In this document: in pieces, positions 9,391-20,707 of the stretch
Layout of the letters: each line of letters starts with the position of its first letter
How positions within the stretch are numbered: position 1 is the stretch's first letter
Source: Endomicrobiales bacterium
GTDB lineage: Bacteria; Elusimicrobiota; Endomicrobiia; Endomicrobiales; CAWCFT01
Reading direction: 5' to 3'
DNA: 64,000 bases
NCBI GenBank assembly: GCA_963794945.1
Contig: CAWCFT010000006.1
Location: forward strand, 1-64,000
The notes under the pieces: model-generated
What the model was told of the DNA's origin: nothing
What the model saw: only the letters and a program-made list of their open reading frames with translations
Database searches by the model: none
Translations under genes and position numbers: made by a program

Positions 9391-10520
9391 TATCTCTCCC
9401 TGTCGCGCCGGTCCGCGCTGCCTGCCTGCAGCCCTCTCTTTTTCCTTAAAATCTCGTTGCGGTACACGTTGACAGAACGCCTCGAAATATCAAGATTGAA
9501 CTTATCTTTCAAAAACTGCCTTATTTTTTCATCTGTAAGCCTACGGGGTTCGCTTTCAATTATCTTTTTAACCAATGTCTTCCTTATTGTTTTTTTTCTG
9601 GTCACAAAGAATTTTAATGGCTTCTCGACTTTATGTGGCGTCAGGACGCTCCTGCCGTAGATGGCCCGGCACACCACGCTCTTGTCCATCCCTATGTCCT
9701 CCGCGAGTTTTTTTTGCGTGTAAGGCACAAGAAACTTGTCGTCGCCGGAGTATAGGTAGTTTTTCTGGACCTCTATTATATTTTTGAGTATCTGGTATAT
9801 CGTAGATTTGCGCGAGTTTATAAGATGGATTTTTTCAAGCAGTTTGCCCAGGCGTACCGTCTCTTCTTTGGAAAAAGCGTTCTGCTTTTTGAGCGCGTTG
9901 AGCCTTACGCTGTTTACAACATACCGGCCCGAGAGGTACCTCGGCGAAAAGAAATTGATCACGAAATCAGATTTGCCGTCATATTCGATCTCGGCAATCT
10001 TCGAGTAATTAAGCCTCGATTCAAGGGCAAGCCCTGAAGGATGGTAAAATTCACTTCTCACCGACAGGTCATTGATGAACGAGTTGACCCTTTCTGCGTC
10101 TTTTTCAGTTATGCCGCACTCCCTGCATATTTCGGAAGACTGGCATGCCGTTTCGCAGCGGAGGAAATATTTCTCGAATTTCTCAAGGCCGATCTTTTTG
10201 ATCAAGGCGGCGACGCCGTTTTTTTCTTGAAGCAGCGACTCAACATCTACCGAAGACTTGTCCCCGCTTATCTGTTCCTCTATGGATAGGTTGCTTGTTT
10301 CGAATACGGTCTTTGGAAAACTCTTGCACGTTACTACCCGGCGTTCCGCGTTATCAACGGACAATAACTTTTTAAACACCGGATCTTGCTCTACTTCCGC
10401 TATGTATTCAGCGAATTTGCCTTCTCCAAGTTTAATGAACGAGGCGAACCTTATCCGGCCCACCATCTTAAGTTTCGGTTTTATGGATAGTTTCTGGCCA
10501 AGCCTAATGCCTCTTTTCAT
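9390..10520 (-). CDS. rpoN: Divergent sigma54 (RpoN)-like factor
   Basis: HTH 'TQKKLAEDIGMDKSVVCRAI..LKFF', 'LTDEKI', RpoN-box-like 'ISRRSVNVYR'; start moved to MKRG (10520) to avoid overlapping ftsB. Confidence 0.75.
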   Translation of the reverse strand: MKRGIRLGQKLSIKPKLKMVGRIRFASFIKLGEGKFAEYIAEVEQDPVFKKLLSVDNAERRVVTCKSFPKTVFETSNLSIEEQISGDKSSVDVESLLQEKNGVAALIKKIGLEKFEKYFLRCETACQSSEICRECGITEKDAERVNSFINDLSVRSEFYHPSGLALESRLNYSKIAEIEYDGKSDFVINFFSPRYLSGRYVVNSVRLNALKKQNAFSKEETVRLGKLLEKIHLINSRKSTIYQILKNIIEVQKNYLYSGDDKFLVPYTQKKLAEDIGMDKSVVCRAIYGRSVLTPHKVEKPLKFFVTRKKTIRKTLVKKIIESEPRRLTDEKIRQFLKDKFNLDISRRSVNVYRNEILRKKRGLQAGSADRRDRER

Positions 10521-10572
10521 GATACCAGTTTCCCCCGGCAGGCTTTCTGTTCCTAATGTAACTCCGTACAGT

Positions 10573-10848
10573 CTATTTGTCTTTATCGAACCTGTACTCG
10601 ACCTCATCCGGAGAAATAAGGCCGAGCTCCCTGCGCGCGATACGCTCTATGTATGACGGGTCTTCTTCCAGCAGGTATATCTCGTTTTTAAGCAGGGCGT
10701 TCTCTTTCTTAAGCTGTACCAGCTCGTTCGTAAGCCTCTTTATGTCCCAGTATCTGCGAAACATTTTCCTGGAACCGGCATTGATGCAAAGGAACAAGAG
10801 CACGGCTATTATCGCCCAGAAATATATGTTGCGGTACGGGATATTCAT
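10573..10848 (-). CDS. ftsB: Septum formation initiator FtsB/DivIC
   Basis: Single TM, coiled coil, YIERIARRELGL; follows eno. Confidence 0.88.
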   Translation of the reverse strand: MNIPYRNIYFWAIIAVLLFLCINAGSRKMFRRYWDIKRLTNELVQLKKENALLKNEIYLLEEDPSYIERIARRELGLISPDEVEYRFDKDK

Positions 10849-10968
10849 GTTTTACCAAGACAGGTTCAACGGCAATACCATGCCAAAATACCGGCGAGAG
10901 CATCGAAACGAAGCGGCCCGCGGCTTTGTTCCGAAGACCGCTTCGCTCTCCCGCTGTCTAACAATTAA

Positions 10969-12294
<1,326 letters not shown>

Positions 12295-12312
12295 TTAAAA
12301 ATTTGAACTCAT

Positions 12313-12341
12313 AATATACTAATTTTTGTAATCGTTGTAAA
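12313..12341 (-). promoter_or_regulatory. sigma70-type promoter of the eno operon
   Basis: TTTACA-N17-TATATT. Confidence 0.5.
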
Positions 12342-12376
12342 GATTCCTTGCGATGCCTAAAAAAGTGTGCATTTTG

Positions 12377-13459
12377 CTATTTATTCTTAAATGAAATGAT
12401 TCCACCACCGATGACTGTGTCCTTATTGTAAAAAACTGCCGCCTGACCGGGTGTTACGGCATGCTGGGTTTCCTTGAAAGTAACGGAGATGTTTTTTCCC
12501 GCCTTGCTGATAACAGCCGGCGCCTCGGGATGCAGGCGGCGTATCTTTACGCTGCATTTGAGCGGCAGTTTCGGCGATTTACCTGAAACCCAGGTTATAT
12601 TTTCAACGATTGCCGCCTTCGAATATGCTTGTTCTTTGCTACCGACATAAAGCGTGTTCTTCTTTGGATCTATCCTTGTAACATACACCGCCGATGGGAG
12701 GCTCAGGTTGAGTCCGCTTCTTTGCCCTACTGTGAAAAATGGTATCCCTCTGTGCTTCCCAATCACCCTGCCGTTTCTAATATCTATTATCGGGCCGGGC
12801 TTTATTTTCTTTGAAGCGTTGGGAACGTAGCCCCTTATGAACGACTCGTAATCCTTGTCGACAAAACATATCTCCTGGCTCTCGGGCTTGTTGGCCGCGG
12901 GAAGATTGTTCTCAACCGCTATCCTGCGGACTTCCTTTTTGGTGAGTCCGCCGAGTGGAAATATCAAACCTGAGAGTTCGAACTGCTTGAGCCTGTAAAG
13001 CACGTATGACTGGTCTTTAGCCGGGTCAACGCCTTTCTTGAGCATGAACCGCCCGCCGGACTTTTTAACCGACGCATAGTGCCCCGTGGCGAGCAGGTCA
13101 AAACCTATCGCACGCATTTTTTTGAGCAGCAAGCTGAACTTTATTTTTTCATTACAAACTATGCAGGGGTTGGGTGTTTTGCCGGAAAGGTACTCACTTA
13201 CGAAATCCTCTACCACCGCATCCTTGAACTCTCTTTCGAAGTTTAGGACATAATGTTTTATACCCAAGAAATGGCAAACGCGCCGCGCGTCTGAAATATC
13301 ATCTATTGAGCAGCAGCCACCGGCACGCTTTTTGTCGTCGGAACCGTGCCAGAGCCTAAGTGTCGCGCCGGTCACCTCGTAACCCTGTTCTTTTAATAGA
13401 AAAGCGGCGGTGGACGAGTCCACGCCGCCGGACATTGCGACAAGTACCTTCGTTGCCAT
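12377..13459 (-). CDS. mnmA: tRNA 2-thiouridylase
   Basis: MSGGVDS, TPNPCIVCN, ATGHY, KDQSY, ESQEICF, TPGQ. Confidence 0.97.
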   Translation of the reverse strand: MATKVLVAMSGGVDSSTAAFLLKEQGYEVTGATLRLWHGSDDKKRAGGCCSIDDISDARRVCHFLGIKHYVLNFEREFKDAVVEDFVSEYLSGKTPNPCIVCNEKIKFSLLLKKMRAIGFDLLATGHYASVKKSGGRFMLKKGVDPAKDQSYVLYRLKQFELSGLIFPLGGLTKKEVRRIAVENNLPAANKPESQEICFVDKDYESFIRGYVPNASKKIKPGPIIDIRNGRVIGKHRGIPFFTVGQRSGLNLSLPSAVYVTRIDPKKNTLYVGSKEQAYSKAAIVENITWVSGKSPKLPLKCSVKIRRLHPEAPAVISKAGKNISVTFKETQHAVTPGQAAVFYNKDTVIGGGIISFKNK

Positions 13460-13491
13460 TTTACCCCGTTAAAGATCAAATATTTTAGATT

Positions 13492-14288
13492 TCATTTAGG
13501 GCGCGGCAGGCTTGAATCCAATATACCTGCCATAATACCTGCGGGAAGTATCTTCCCCAACACACGCAGCAGGCCAATTTCGAAGTTTATCGTACAAAGG
13601 AACTTCGTTCCCTTGCACTGCGCCAGTATTTTTTCGCCGCGGCCTTGGGAGACAAAAGAGACTTGCGCGCCGAAGCCGCCTGAGTCATCCACGCCGGCGA
13701 CGTCCTTTGCTCTTCGGCGTATTGAGGTGTGTCTATATCGGCAGGACAGGCTACGTGCACAGTGACCCCTTTACAGAGCAGCTCCCTTCTAAGGGACTCG
13801 GCAAAATTTATTATTCCGGCTTTTGCCGCGCAGTATGTAGAGTACCCGGCCGCGCCTATCAAACCGAACGCGGAAGATATCATAAGTATCCGCGAGCCCT
13901 TTTCGAGCAGCGGCATGAATATCCTTGCAGAGAGTATCGTCCCCCAGAGGTCAACATCTATATCCGCTTTCATTTTGCCGTAATCTGTATAATCAGAGAG
14001 TAAACCGACTGACACCATGCCTGCATTCAGCACAAGAAAATCCAACTTGCCAAACTGCTTTTTTACGGTTTCAGCAATCCGGGCCAAATCTTTCTCGGAA
14101 GTAATATCACCCTGGAATCCCAACGCCTCGAACCCGGCCTTTTTAATTTCGCTCACGGCTTCGTCCAGCTTGTCTTTCCTTCTTGCCAAAATAATTGGCG
14201 TGAACCCTTTTGAAGCTAGGTTCATAGCTATAGCAAAACCCAATCCGGACGAACCACCTGTGATAAGAGCGTACTTATTTTCCGCCAT
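13492..14288 (-). CDS. SDR oxidoreductase, 3-ketodihydrosphingosine reductase (KDSR)-like; frameshift near 13630
   Basis: TGGSSGLG, YCAAK (YxxxK), 'PADIDTPQYAEEQRTSP' resembles KDSR 'PPDTDTPG.AEEN.TKP'; C-terminus continues in ORF 13492-13692. Confidence 0.75.
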
Positions 14289-14307
14289 GAATTCCTCCCA
14301 ATCAAGA

Positions 14308-14390
14308 AAGATCAAAAATCAAACTTCAAATGTCAAAGATACTGACAAAGTCGTATATTTTTAACTTTCAATCTTTGATATTTGATTTTA
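14308..14390. repeat. Heptamer inverted-array hairpin, family B
   Basis: (NNTCAAA)x4 ... (TTTGATN)-like x4. Confidence 0.75.
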
Positions 14391-14392
14391 AA

Positions 14393-15517
14393 CTACGCCA
14401 GTAGTTTAAGGAAACATCTTCTTCTTTTGTGCTGGCGCGCGTCGAAATGTTCCCATAGTGACAGCACCTTTTCGTTGGTCTCAAGCTGGTGCGACGCCTC
14501 AACGGTTTTTACACCGCTCTTCTTGTAAGCCCTGTAGCCTTCCCTCATGATTATCGCGTTGAGCCCCTTTCCCTGGAACTCTTTGCGTATAGCGATAAGC
14601 AAGAGGTCGGCCTTGGTGTTCTTTCTGTTCGCCATCAAAAGGTGTATGAGACCGAACGGGAACAGCTTCCCGTTGGTTTTTTTAAGCGCGAGCGCCAACG
14701 ACGGTATCGTGAAGCCGAATGCGGCCAGCTTGCCTTTTTCATCAAGTATAAGCTGGACGAAATCAGGCCTGACAAACGAAAAATACGCCTTGGTATAGTA
14801 ATCAACCTGTTTGTCGGTGAGAGGCACAAAATCGAACAGATCTTTGTAGCACTCGTTTAAAAGTTGGAATATCTCTTTCGCGTAAGGAAGTATATCTTTA
14901 GTTTTTTTGAGGTGTACAAGCGAAAGGTGGTACCTTTTTTCAACGATGGTCGAGAGGCGTTCCATCTTCTCATTTGCCTCTTCCGACGGCTTTATCTGGA
15001 ACTCCAGCCAGTCGATCTCTTTTTTATAGCCCTGTTTCGTCACGTGATCGAGGTAATAAGGGTAGTTGTATATCCCCGCCATCGTCCCCATCTCGTCAAA
15101 ACCTTCAACGAGCATGCCCTCTTTGTCAAAATCGGTGAACCCGAGCGGGCCCTGCACGCCGTTCATGCCGTTCTCTTTCGCCCAGCTCTCGACCGCCCCG
15201 AAAAGCGCCCTGGAGACCTCCTGGTCGTTTATAAAATCCACCCACCCGAACCGTGCGTACTTGTGCTTCCAAATCTCTATATATTTATCGTTAATTATCC
15301 CGGCTATGCGTCCGGCCGGCCGGCCGTCTTTGTAGGCCAGCCAGTATTTAGCCTTGCAGAAATCGAAAGCTGGGTTCACCTTTCTGTCCAGCGTGTTCTT
15401 CTCGTCGAAATCAAGCGACGGCACCCATTGAGGGCAGTTCCCGTACAGCTCGAACGGGAAACGGATGAACTCTTTCAGGTCCCCTTTTGTGACAACTTCT
15501 TTTAAGGTTATCGGCAT
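14393..15517 (-). CDS. YghO-like GNAT protein, bacterial ceramide synthase (bCerS)-like
   Basis: GRIAGIIN, RFGWVDFI, GPLGFTDFDKEGMLVEGF, YNYPYY, C-terminal GNAT QGKG. Confidence 0.8.
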   Translation of the reverse strand: MPITLKEVVTKGDLKEFIRFPFELYGNCPQWVPSLDFDEKNTLDRKVNPAFDFCKAKYWLAYKDGRPAGRIAGIINDKYIEIWKHKYARFGWVDFINDQEVSRALFGAVESWAKENGMNGVQGPLGFTDFDKEGMLVEGFDEMGTMAGIYNYPYYLDHVTKQGYKKEIDWLEFQIKPSEEANEKMERLSTIVEKRYHLSLVHLKKTKDILPYAKEIFQLLNECYKDLFDFVPLTDKQVDYYTKAYFSFVRPDFVQLILDEKGKLAAFGFTIPSLALALKKTNGKLFPFGLIHLLMANRKNTKADLLLIAIRKEFQGKGLNAIIMREGYRAYKKSGVKTVEASHQLETNEKVLSLWEHFDARQHKRRRCFLKLLA

Positions 15518-15547
15518 GCGCAACCCTCCCAAGGATTATTGATAGTA

Positions 15548-15576
15548 ATTTTACAATAATTAGCGACGATAAGCAA
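15548..15576 (-). promoter_or_regulatory. sigma70-type promoter for the GNAT-SDR-mnmA unit
   Basis: TTGCTT-N17-TAAAAT. Confidence 0.5.
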
Positions 15577-15701
15577 TTCTTTTTCCAGCATAGGCACGGC
15601 CATTACCTAAATTAATAGGGCCTTAACAATATTGTGGTACAATGCCACGAGATACACATCGGAAAGCTTGGTGAAGGAGCGTTTAGTTCCGCAACCGCCT
15701 C

Positions 15702-16303
15702 ATGAACATAATTCGCGTTGTCTTTTTGCTTCTACTGTTTATGATATCTGCCGGCGCTATTGAAAAAGATAACGTTAAGTTCTATTTTTCTCTCGCCGAA
15801 AGGCTTACGCAGGTAGACGGTGCGAACGGGCCCATGACGGGAGTGCGGCTCGGTATCGTAGAAACGGACAATCTTGCTTTCGGCTTAGCGTGGTACATGC
15901 TCGGATTAAACTCGAGGCCTTCGAACCTCTATGAGACCAACAATTAACCCAGACTTATTACAGGCTCTACTACGCCGGCCCGGAATGGCTATATTTTATC
16001 CATCAAGGCAAGAAAGCAAGATTAAGTTTGAGCTTCCTGCTGGCGGCCGGCACTTGCGGATTTTCCGAAATGCACGACATACCCACCTACGACTATCTGG
16101 ATTCTATCATCGTCATCGAGCCGGGCATCCGCGAAGTGGTCAACATAACCCCTCACATCGGCCTCGGCCTTGGCCTCTATTACAGGTTCGTCAACGGAGT
16201 TGACTCCGGCGCTTTCAGCGACCCATCCATGAGCGGGCCATCCGGTTTGAGCAATACAAAACTCAGCGGCCCTTCACTTGAATTCTCACTGCGGTTCAGT
16301 TAG
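15702..16303 (+). CDS. Putative small outer-membrane beta-barrel protein; frameshift near 15945
   Basis: Signal peptide, alternating beta-strand pattern, C-terminal 'LEFSLRFS'; two fragments. Confidence 0.55.
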
Positions 16304-16309
16304 CGTATT

Positions 16310-17224
16310 TTAGAATTTATATGTCACCCCGAACCGCATTGTATCTCCAAGTATACCCATCGGCACCCAGGCAAAGTCAACACCCAGCGCATTGTTATAC
16401 ATAACTCCGCAGCCGGCAGCCAGCCCTGAAAGGTCTTCCGTTTGATAACCGCTCCTATACCCGGCCCTTAAAGGAAATACCAATTTTTCTCCAACCTTTA
16501 TAGAATATTCGGCGCCGATGCCGTAATCAGTATCCGCATCGTTCGGCTGGCTCCCGTCTACACCTATCTTAAGCGCCTGCACGGGCTGGTACATGATCCC
16601 GGCTTTTATGGTGGTAGGTAAAGGGTCGGTCTCATCTATGAACTTTATGCCGCTGCCAACGTTCAAGACTGATGCCCCGATATTGATCTTCTGCGACAGC
16701 TTGTATATTATTCCGAGATCACCCGCAATACTAGACGCGCTAACCGTCTCTATTTTCTGGCTGATTGATTTTCCGGTTAACCCGACAGAAAACCTCTCGC
16801 CAAAACTTTTTGCGTATGAGACACTGATTGACATGTCGGACGAACCGAACGACGTCCCGTCCGCAGCGCCTGTATTGTCGCGTTCTAATATATTGCCGAT
16901 GCTCAAAATATCCGCACTGAGCCCGAACGTGCCCGCCTTAGTCGCAAGACCTAGCGCAAGATACTGATTAGATATGCCCTGTATCCAGTTGTTCTGCACC
17001 AGAGAAACCTCGCTGTTTTCCATGAACGCAAGCCCGGCCGGGTTGAACGCTATTGTGTTGACGTCGCCGTCAAATGCAGTGAACGCGCGGCCCAGCGCCG
17101 CCGCCCTCGGAGAAGACACTATCTTTAAGAATTGGGCCCCGCTTGTCCCCTGCGAGTCGCAGTAACCACTGGCGCAGATAAACATTAACCCGATCAGGCA
17201 TGAGTAAAGATGTCTTTTTAACAT
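16310..17224 (-). CDS. PorV/PorQ (UPF0164) family outer-membrane protein
   Basis: GAQFLKI..SPRAAALGRAFTA, NPAGLA, C-terminal TYKF. Confidence 0.88.
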   Translation of the reverse strand: MLKRHLYSCLIGLMFICASGYCDSQGTSGAQFLKIVSSPRAAALGRAFTAFDGDVNTIAFNPAGLAFMENSEVSLVQNNWIQGISNQYLALGLATKAGTFGLSADILSIGNILERDNTGAADGTSFGSSDMSISVSYAKSFGERFSVGLTGKSISQKIETVSASSIAGDLGIIYKLSQKINIGASVLNVGSGIKFIDETDPLPTTIKAGIMYQPVQALKIGVDGSQPNDADTDYGIGAEYSIKVGEKLVFPLRAGYRSGYQTEDLSGLAAGCGVMYNNALGVDFAWVPMGILGDTMRFGVTYKF

Positions 17225-17248
17225 AGGGTCTTCCTTTAAATATAATTT

Positions 17249-20200
17249 CTACTTTACAATAGCAACAAACCCTTTCTGTGTTGATGATGTATTATTTAGG
17301 TCTGCTATATAATAAATATATGTCCCGCTAGCGACAGGTTTGCCGGATTTGTTACTCAGGTCCCACTCGTACCGGGAGTTATTGTCATTTTTCGTTGTTT
17401 CGAACACAAGGTTCCCCGCTATATTTAATATCTGTATCTTAACGTTGCTCGTCAGATTATCAAACACTATTCCACCACTCCTACCATACTTCGTGTCTCC
17501 CTGCTTGTACGGGTTAGGGTAGACTATCACTGATTGCAGTGATGAAGCAGGCGCGGGCACGCCTATCAGCCCGTAGACCAAAAAATGTGGCACCTGAACC
17601 GATACTGTCTTAGCGGTTCTGTTCAACTGTCCGCCGTTGCCAGCTATCCCCCAGGTGTTGGTCTGAGTGTTGAGCGTGTATATCTTCAGCGTGTCTACCC
17701 ATACAGGCGGGTTCGTTCCATCCACTACTCCATCGTTATCATTGTCTATATAGGGAAGTGTTATGGTCAAAGGCTCAACAAATGTGGATGATGATATTGA
17801 CCCATCCAGATTGTAATTCTTAAATTCTACGACACTATTTGCCACTAGGTTAGTAGCTGCAGGGTACACAGGGCTGGTATTTATACCAATATAGTTGCTG
17901 CCCTGATTGACTGCGCATGATGGGATGCTTACCTGAAACGTTGTGTTCTGGTTGCCGGCTACTGCCACCTGGCCTCCCGCAGTGCCTATGAATGAAGCGT
18001 TAAAGCCGCCGCCGAGTACTTTCACTGTAACCGAAGATGACCTCACGCTTAAGTTGCCTGCGGCATCGTATGCCACTGCCGCGTATGTATATAGCCCGGC
18101 TGGCGTTACGTTTGTATCAGTTATTCCCAATGCCGTTGTGGATGTCAATAAAACATTGTTCCTGTACACACTGTAACCTGCCACGCCTACATTATCGGTT
18201 GAGGCTCCCCACGTTAGGCATATTTGACTTGCTGTGGCGTTCGTTACCTGCAAGACCCCGGGCACTGAAGGAGGGGTGGTATCAGCCAGGGTAGTTGTGC
18301 TGACAGATGTACACTGGGCGCTCAGGTTCATTGAAGCGTCGTATGCCAGCACGCTGTATGTGTATGTTGTCAATGGCGTGAGCCCTGTGTTGGCATAGCT
18401 GGTTGCTGTCGTCGAAGAAAGGAATAGTCCGTTTCGAAATACCTCATAGCCTGCCACACCCACATTATCAGTTGAGGCTGCCCAGCTTAGGTTGACCTGT
18501 GTAGCCGAAACGGCTACCGCCGCAAGGCCGGTAGGCACTGATGGCGCAACGACATCGGCTAATAATACGATGGAAGTAAATGGGCTGAGTGTTACGCGTC
18601 CTGTGTATGCTTTACCTGTTATATCTATCATTGGCTGGGCCAGCGGCACCAGGCTGTTAGAAGTTGTATTGTTGTACGCGAATTGGAGATCGCTGGCGCT
18701 TGGAATTGTTTCCGGGGATTTTTTCGCATGAGCGTCATTACCTGAAAATGTCTGCCACTGCGCGAGCGTCTTATACTGATTGCTGCCGCCATATTCGCTT
18801 GGTTGTTGAGCCCATATTGTTACATTATCATTTACCGGGCAAGAGTAATAGTTATAATCATAAACTGCCGCTAATTGAATATTATTCACGACTGATTCAT
18901 AATATGCCGCGTACTCACTCGTACTTTTCGCGATAAAATAGTTATTATTTATATTAACTCCGTACGACTGTAAAAGTGAATTATAGTTGATCCTTATGTC
19001 CGCGGCTGAATTATTAAATGACGTATTTCCTGCAACAATAATAGGATTTGCCGGCCCATTAAGAAATAGCCCGTATTGAAAGCAATTTTCAACTGTATTG
19101 CTTGAAACTGTAACAGTTGCCGGAATTGTTGTCGCAATAAATTCCCGCGGCAGGGAACCTGGCGCTGACTCCATAAGGGGTTCCAATACCATTAATAACT
19201 ATATTTCCTGTTATTACCTGATTAGTCTGCGCGCTTTGACTGCCCGTATACGTGTATATCCGCCGCCGTCATCCAACACAGTGCAAAATGTGTCTATAAA
19301 ATTATTCTGTATAAGAACTGAACTGCCGTAGAATGATATAGCAATGTACCCGGTATTTTGAATAAAATTGTTCGTTACCGTATAATTTGAAACAGTCGCG
19401 CAGGCAACTGCCTGATTCGTGGAATACGGGTTAGGCCAGGTGACATTTGCTGTCCTCATTCCCGCCAGAACCCCGATATTTTGAATGGTATTATTCCGAA
19501 TAGTTATATTTGACCCGTAAGGAGTTGTTATAGCGCCACTATTGCAGTTAGTTATGGTATTGTTTTGAAAGATCAAGTTATTGCCTCTTTCATAACAAGC
19601 GCTGACACCTATATTATTGAAAGTACAATTATTGACAGTAATATTATTCCAATATGAGGTGCCTCCAAACATTGCGCAGCTGTTAGCTCCGTTAAATGTC
19701 AAGTTTTGAATGGTGAAATAGTGCGCCGCCACTATTATTAAATTATCAATTGACGCTATATTCACGTTGGCAGGTTGGGATATGCTGTAAATATCAAGCT
19801 TACCTGTTGCGGGGTTATAATACCATTCATTTTGCTGGTCAAGCGTGCGGATATCGTTTTGAATAAAAAATCCGTCCGCGTAACTGCTGGGAGCGCCTGT
19901 GGCTGCATAATTAATAGTTCCGCCGCTTTGGGAAGTAATTGTCGATCTTACAAGCAGCCAGTTTGCAGTTCTTACCACGGCCTCCGCGCCTGTCCAATTC
20001 GGAGTTCCCGTTAAAGCTGAACTTGTTAGTGATGTGTTGTTGCCTGATTGAAACGTTAAATAACCTCCATTAGGGTCTCCCGCGTTTGGATATCTGCCCA
20101 TAGCAGTATTCACTCCATTAACTGTAACCATATTACAGGTTGCTAATGCTGATACCGCTCCAGTGCTTTCCCATATATTGCCGCCTAAATTATTCCAGCC

Positions 20201-20518
20201 GTTAACTGCAGTAAATCCTGTTATAACCGGATTTGCTCCGGAACCGTATGAACCAAAAGTTATCGGGTTCCCGGCTGTTCCCGACTGTGTAATTGTCATT
20301 GAACCGTAAAATACATCTCCGCAATTAAACAGTATTTGATCGCCCGGCTGGAATGTGGCTGCGCTAACTTTGTTCAAGGTTTGCCATGACGAAGAAGGAT
20401 CTGTGCCAGCGTTGGAGTCATTCCCCGAGTTGCTAACATAGTAGGTAGCTGCCATGCCAGTCTGGGCCAAACAAAATATTAATAGGCACAGCAATAGTTT
20501 TAGTTTGTTTGTAATCAT
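17249..20518 (-). CDS. Secreted right-handed beta-helix protein with 2 FN3 domains and T9SS/FlgD-like C-terminal domain; frameshift near 19250
   Basis: Signal peptide, TYYVS..GNDSNAGT, Asn/Thr-rich PbH1 repeats, WxASTDNVGVAGY FN3 motifs, VYPNP...WD...G..VASG.Y.Y C-terminus. Confidence 0.85.
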
Positions 20519-20530
20519 ATATTTCTATGT

Positions 20531-20699
20531 TGTCATACTTGAATGCCCTTATCGAGTATCTCAGCCACTATGTCATAGGTGGATCCGCCGAGATGTATTG
20601 GCGGACATTTCTAAAATTGATTCTCTAATGTAGTTAGTATTTAAAACATTAATATTGTTCTGGTTTTGGATTCCGGATAGAGAAATTCCGGAATGACGA
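20531..20699. repeat. REP-like palindromic cluster between the tandem paralogues
   Basis: TGTCATACTTGA..TCGAGTATCT, TCCGCC..GGCGGA, GGATTCCGGA..TTCCGGAATGAC. Confidence 0.5.
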
Positions 20700-20707
20700 T
20701 CTTTCAG

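Noticed and set aside
10871..10886. sigma54 promoter upstream of ftsB (TGGCATGGTATTGCC)
   Set aside because: GG-GC spacing is 9 rather than the required 10; it would only be valid if an indel error is shown
10891..10956. GC-rich hairpin after eno as an ncRNA
   Set aside because: A single stem (CGAAGCGG/CCGCTTCG) with no family features; likely a terminator-like or stability hairpin
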